Shown piece by piece: positions 60,419 to 64,000 of a stretch of DNA of 64,000 nt. The notes under the pieces are model-generated. The model was given only the letters and a program-made list of their open reading frames with translations, had not been told where the DNA came from and made no database searches. Position numbers and translations under genes: made by a program. Source of the DNA: Prosthecodimorpha hirschii. Lineage in GTDB: Bacteria; Pseudomonadota; Alphaproteobacteria; Rhizobiales; Ancalomicrobiaceae. The stretch's first letter is position 1, and every line of letters begins with the position of its first letter. The stretch is taken from the NCBI RefSeq assembly GCF_001305515.1, contig NZ_LJYW01000001.1, positions 2,381,618 through 2,445,617 of the forward strand, given 5' to 3'.

Positions 60419-61409
60419 CGCCGGGCCGCCGGGGCTCGGCTCGGAAGCCGAAGGGACCCCGGCCCGCTCGGGCCTCGCCCTGGTGCTCGGCGCCCTGCCC
60501 TGGCTGGTCGCCGCCGGCCTGGTCGGCGCGGCCGGCTATCTCGGCGGCTATCTCGCCACCATCGTCGCCTTCGCGCTGATCTATGCGGTCTTCGTGACCG
60601 GGCTGAACATCTTCATGGGCTTCACCGCCCAGGTCTCGTTCGGCCACAACGCCTTCGCGGCGATCGGCGGCTACACCTCCGCGGTCCTGACGACGACCTA
60701 CGAATGGCCCCCGCTCGCGGCCTTCGCGGCCGGCCTCGCCGGCAGCCTCGCGCTGGCCGGCCTGATCGGCTGGCCGACCTTGCGCCTCAAAGGCCACTAC
60801 CTCTCCATGGGGACGCTGGCGATCGGCCTGATCGTCTACGAGATCGCCGTGCAGTGGGAGAGCGTCACGCAGGGCTATCTCGGCATTTCCGGCATTCCGT
60901 CGCTCGGCATCGGCCGCTTCGAGGCGACCGGCGACCGCCAGATCCTGGCGGTCCTGACCGCGATCGTGCTCCTCGGCGCCTTCGTGGTCGCCCGCATGCG
61001 CCGGTCGCGCTTCGGCCGCGCGCTGTCGGCGGTGGCCGGCAGCGAGGAGGCGGCGCGCGCGCTCGGCATCGACGTGGCCCGCTACAAGCTCGCCTCCTTC
61101 CTGCTCTCCGCCGGCTTCGCCTCGCTCGCCGGCACGCTGTTCGTGCATGTGGTCGGCTATGTCAGCCCGGAGGTGTTCGGGCTGCACATGGTCATCCTGG
61201 CCTTCACGATGCTCTATGTCGGCGGGCTCGGCACCGTGGTCGGGCCGATCATCGGCGCCCTGGTCATCTCGCTGCTGCCGGAGACCTTCCGCGGCTTCCG
61301 CGACTACCAGGATCTCGGCTACGGCGCGGCGCTGATCCTGCTCCTCATCTATGCCCCGCGCGGCATGGCCGGCCTGATCGACCTGGCCGCCGGAAGGAAG
61401 GCGTCATGA
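60387..61409 (+). CDS. branched-chain amino acid ABC transporter permease (LivM-like)
   Basis: multi-TM permease, overlaps neighbours. Confidence 0.85.
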   Translation: MTNSPATTSPDAGPPGLGSEAEGTPARSGLALVLGALPWLVAAGLVGAAGYLGGYLATIVAFALIYAVFVTGLNIFMGFTAQVSFGHNAFAAIGGYTSAVLTTTYEWPPLAAFAAGLAGSLALAGLIGWPTLRLKGHYLSMGTLAIGLIVYEIAVQWESVTQGYLGISGIPSLGIGRFEATGDRQILAVLTAIVLLGAFVVARMRRSRFGRALSAVAGSEEAARALGIDVARYKLASFLLSAGFASLAGTLFVHVVGYVSPEVFGLHMVILAFTMLYVGGLGTVVGPIIGALVISLLPETFRGFRDYQDLGYGAALILLLIYAPRGMAGLIDLAAGRKAS

Positions 61410-62161
61410 CCGTCCGTCTCAGCGTCGAGGGCGCGACCAAGCGCTATGGCGGCCTGACCGCCGTGGACGATGTCAGCTTCGTCGTGCCCGATCGCGGCGT
61501 CACCGCGATCATCGGCCCGAACGGGGCCGGCAAGACCACCCTTTTCAACCTGATTTCCGGCGCGCAGCCGCCGACGGCCGGCCGGGTCGTGTTCGAGGGC
61601 GAGGACGTGACCCGTCTGCCGCCCGAGGCCAAGGCGGCGCGCGGGCTGGTGCGCACCTTCCAGCTGGTCAAGCTGTTCGCCGATCTGACCGCCGCCGAGA
61701 ATGTCGCCGTCGGCACCCATCTGAAGACCCGCGGCGGCTTCCTGTCGGCGGTGTTCCGGCCGCCGTCGATCCGGCGCATGGAGGCCGGCATCGCCGCCCG
61801 CTCGCGCGAACTGCTCGACCTGGTCGGGCTCGGCGCGGTCGCCGACCGCAAGGCCGCGACGCTCAGCTACGGCCGCCAGCGGCTGCTTGAGGTCGCCCGC
61901 GCGCTCGCCGCCGAACCGAAGCTGCTGCTGCTCGACGAACCGGCCGCCGGCCTCAACGCCGAGGAAAGCGCCCGGCTCTCCGACGTGATCCGCAAGATCG
62001 CCGCCTCCGGGACATCGGTCCTGTTGATCGAGCACGACATGACGCTGGTCATGAACACCGCCGACGACGTGGTCGTCATCGATTTCGGCCGCAAGATCGC
62101 CCAGGGCGCTCCGGCCGAGGTCAAGGCCAATCCGGCGGTCATCGCCGCCTATCTGGGCTGA
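61406..62161 (+). CDS. ABC transporter ATP-binding protein (LivG-like)
   Basis: GPNGAGKTTLF Walker A, LSYGRQRLLEVARAL signature, LLLLDEPAAGL Walker B. Confidence 0.9.
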   Translation: MTVRLSVEGATKRYGGLTAVDDVSFVVPDRGVTAIIGPNGAGKTTLFNLISGAQPPTAGRVVFEGEDVTRLPPEAKAARGLVRTFQLVKLFADLTAAENVAVGTHLKTRGGFLSAVFRPPSIRRMEAGIAARSRELLDLVGLGAVADRKAATLSYGRQRLLEVARALAAEPKLLLLDEPAAGLNAEESARLSDVIRKIAASGTSVLLIEHDMTLVMNTADDVVVIDFGRKIAQGAPAEVKANPAVIAAYLG

Positions 62162-62171
62162 GGAGAGAGCG

Positions 62172-63050
62172 GTGACCCAAGCGGACCTCGTCCTGCAAAG
62201 CCTCGTCTCCGGCCTCGGCATCGGCTGCGTCTACGGGCTGATCGGCATCGGCTTCTGCGTCATCTACAATGCCAGCGGCATCGTCAATTTCGCCCAGGGC
62301 GCCTTCGTGATGCTCGGCGGCATGATCACCCATGTCCTGCTGGTGCGCTACCACGTGCCCTATGCGCTCGCCGCGTTCGTCGCCGTGGTCGCGGTCGCGG
62401 CGGTCGGCGTGGTGCTCGAACGGCTGGTCGTGCGGCCGCTTTGGATGCGCAAGGCGCCGGTCTTCGTGATGATCCTGGCCACGCTGGCGGCCCAGATCGT
62501 CATCGAGCGGGTGACCTTCCTGCTCGTCGACGACCAGCCCAAGACGCTGCCGGTGTTCCTCGACTGGCCGCCGATCATGCTCGGGCGCGTCGCGATCAAC
62601 TACCAGTCGCTGTTCATCATCGCCGGTTCGCTGGCGATCGTCGGGGCGCTCGCGCTGTTCTTCAAGGTGACGCTGACCGGCAAGGCGATGCGGGCCTGCG
62701 CGATCGACCGCGAGGCCGCCCTCCTGCAGGCGATCCCGGTCTCGACCATGCTGGCGCTCGCCTTCGCGCTGTCGGCGGGGCTCGGAGCGGTCGCCGGCAT
62801 CCTGCTGACGCCGACCCAGTACACCGCCTTCAATGTCGGCGTGCCCTTCGCCATCTCGGGTTTCATCGCCGCGATCATCGGCGGCTTCGGCCGGCCCTTC
62901 GGCGCCTTCGTCGGCGGGCTCGCGCTCGGCCTCGTGCAGTCGATCGCGATCCTGTGGCTCGGCGCCGGCCTGAAGAGCGCCGCCGCCCTGTCGGTCCTGC
63001 TCCTGTTCCTGTTCGTGCGGCCCGCCGGTATCTTCGGCGCCGCCAAGTGA
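62172..63050 (+). CDS. branched-chain amino acid ABC transporter permease (LivH-like)
   Basis: 292 aa multi-TM; GTG start. Confidence 0.85.
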   Translation: MTQADLVLQSLVSGLGIGCVYGLIGIGFCVIYNASGIVNFAQGAFVMLGGMITHVLLVRYHVPYALAAFVAVVAVAAVGVVLERLVVRPLWMRKAPVFVMILATLAAQIVIERVTFLLVDDQPKTLPVFLDWPPIMLGRVAINYQSLFIIAGSLAIVGALALFFKVTLTGKAMRACAIDREAALLQAIPVSTMLALAFALSAGLGAVAGILLTPTQYTAFNVGVPFAISGFIAAIIGGFGRPFGAFVGGLALGLVQSIAILWLGAGLKSAAALSVLLLFLFVRPAGIFGAAK

Positions 63051-63073
63051 CCCCCGCACCGTTGGAGACACCC

Positions 63074-63406
63074 ATGCCGGCCCGCTCGATCGATTGGAAC
63101 GCCATCCCCTGGACCCCGGTCCGCCCCGGGGTCGACCGCAAGGCCTTCGGCGGCGACGGCGCCACCGTCACGCTGCACCGGCTGATGCCCGGCCACGAGC
63201 CGAAACCGCATTCCCATCCCAACGAGCAGATCGCCTATATCCTGGCGGGCACGATCCGCTTCTTCGTCGGCGACGAGGAGCATCTGGTCGGCCCGGGCGG
63301 GCTCCTGGTCATTCCGCCCAACGTCGTCCACTGGGGCGAGGTGGTCGGCGACGAGCCGGTCTTGAATTTCGACGTCTTCACCCCGGCGCGGCCGGAATAC
63401 TACTGA
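63074..63406 (+). CDS. cupin domain protein
   Basis: 110 aa; HSHPNEQIAYILAGT cupin motif 1 and GGLLVIPPNVVHWG motif 2. Confidence 0.75.
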   Translation: MPARSIDWNAIPWTPVRPGVDRKAFGGDGATVTLHRLMPGHEPKPHSHPNEQIAYILAGTIRFFVGDEEHLVGPGGLLVIPPNVVHWGEVVGDEPVLNFDVFTPARPEYY

Positions 63407-63429
63407 ACAGCCACGGGAGGGCTCGGGCC

Positions 63430-64000
63430 ATGAACATTGCGGGATGGCTCGCCGGCGCGGGACGCTCCGATCCGTCGCTGCCGGCTGTCGGTCACGGCAC
63501 GCGCGTGGTCGCGACCTACGGGCAACTGGCCGAGGCGACGGCGCGGCTGGCCGGCGGCCTTGCCGGGCTCGGCGTCCGCCCGGGCGACCGCGTCGCGATC
63601 ATCGCCAAGAACGAGCCCGACTATGTCGCCGCCCTGCATGCCGTCTGGTGGGCCGGCGCGGCCGCCGTCCCGGTCAATGCCAAGCTGCACCCGCACGAAT
63701 TCGCCTATGCGCTGGAGAATTCCGGCGCGGCGGTCGCCTTCGTGTCCGAGGGGCTGGAAACCGCGGTCGCCGCGACGGCCCCGGCCGGGCTGAAGCATCT
63801 CGTCCCGCTCGGCGGCGCCCTGCATGCCCGCCTTGGCGCTTCCGAACCGCTCGACCTCGTCGAACGGGCCGACGATGCGCTCGCCTGGCTCTTCTATACC
63901 AGCGGCACCACCGGCCGGCCGAAGGGTGCGATGCTGTCGCACGGCAACCTCTCGGCCATGACGCATGCCTATCTGGCCGAGGTCGATCCGACCGCGCCGG
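63430..64000 (+). CDS. AMP-dependent synthetase/ligase (acyl-CoA synthetase), 5' part, continues past window end
   Basis: Frame from ATG 63430: MNIAGWLAGAGRSDPSLPAV...YTSGTTGRPKGAMLSHGNL AMP-binding motif; not in ORF track because no stop in window. Confidence 0.8.
   Translation, partial: MNIAGWLAGAGRSDPSLPAVGHGTRVVATYGQLAEATARLAGGLAGLGVRPGDRVAIIAKNEPDYVAALHAVWWAGAAAVPVNAKLHPHEFAYALENSGAAVAFVSEGLETAVAATAPAGLKHLVPLGGALHARLGASEPLDLVERADDALAWLFYTSGTTGRPKGAMLSHGNLSAMTHAYLAEVDPTAP

Overview
High-GC (~70%) alphaproteobacterial, probably Rhizobiales, chromosomal window around dnaA. Core genes include sbcCD, an aas-like fusion, hutF, ubiE/ubiB, mutM, rpsT, dnaA, dapB, gpmA, cydABX, the trpFBA-accD-folC block, a PepSY plus two-component system, a flotillin, and a large aerobic cobalamin cluster: cobC and cobO on one strand, and a B12 riboswitch followed by cbtBA, a DUF1636 gene, and cobW, N, G, H, I, J, L, E, M on the other. 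Downstream lie an IclR regulator, hyuAB hydantoinases and a Liv-type ABC transporter. The unusual part is 47.6-53.9 kb. A Ro60/TROVE orthologue (rsr) preceded by a sigma54-like promoter is followed by a ~1.7 kb non-coding array of about 7 structured RNA modules: 4 short ones, and 3 long ones that carry circularly permuted tRNA-like domains (YrlA-like Y RNAs). Immediately after the array is a ~3 kb low-GC islet with a retron: a PRTase-like/wHTH candidate effector, an ncRNA with perfect 14-bp a1/a2 inverted repeats, and a retron-type reverse transcriptase. Several tandem repeats are also noted: a 7-bp microsatellite, 53-bp palindromic repeats, a REP-like triple hairpin, and an 18-bp in-frame His-rich repeat.
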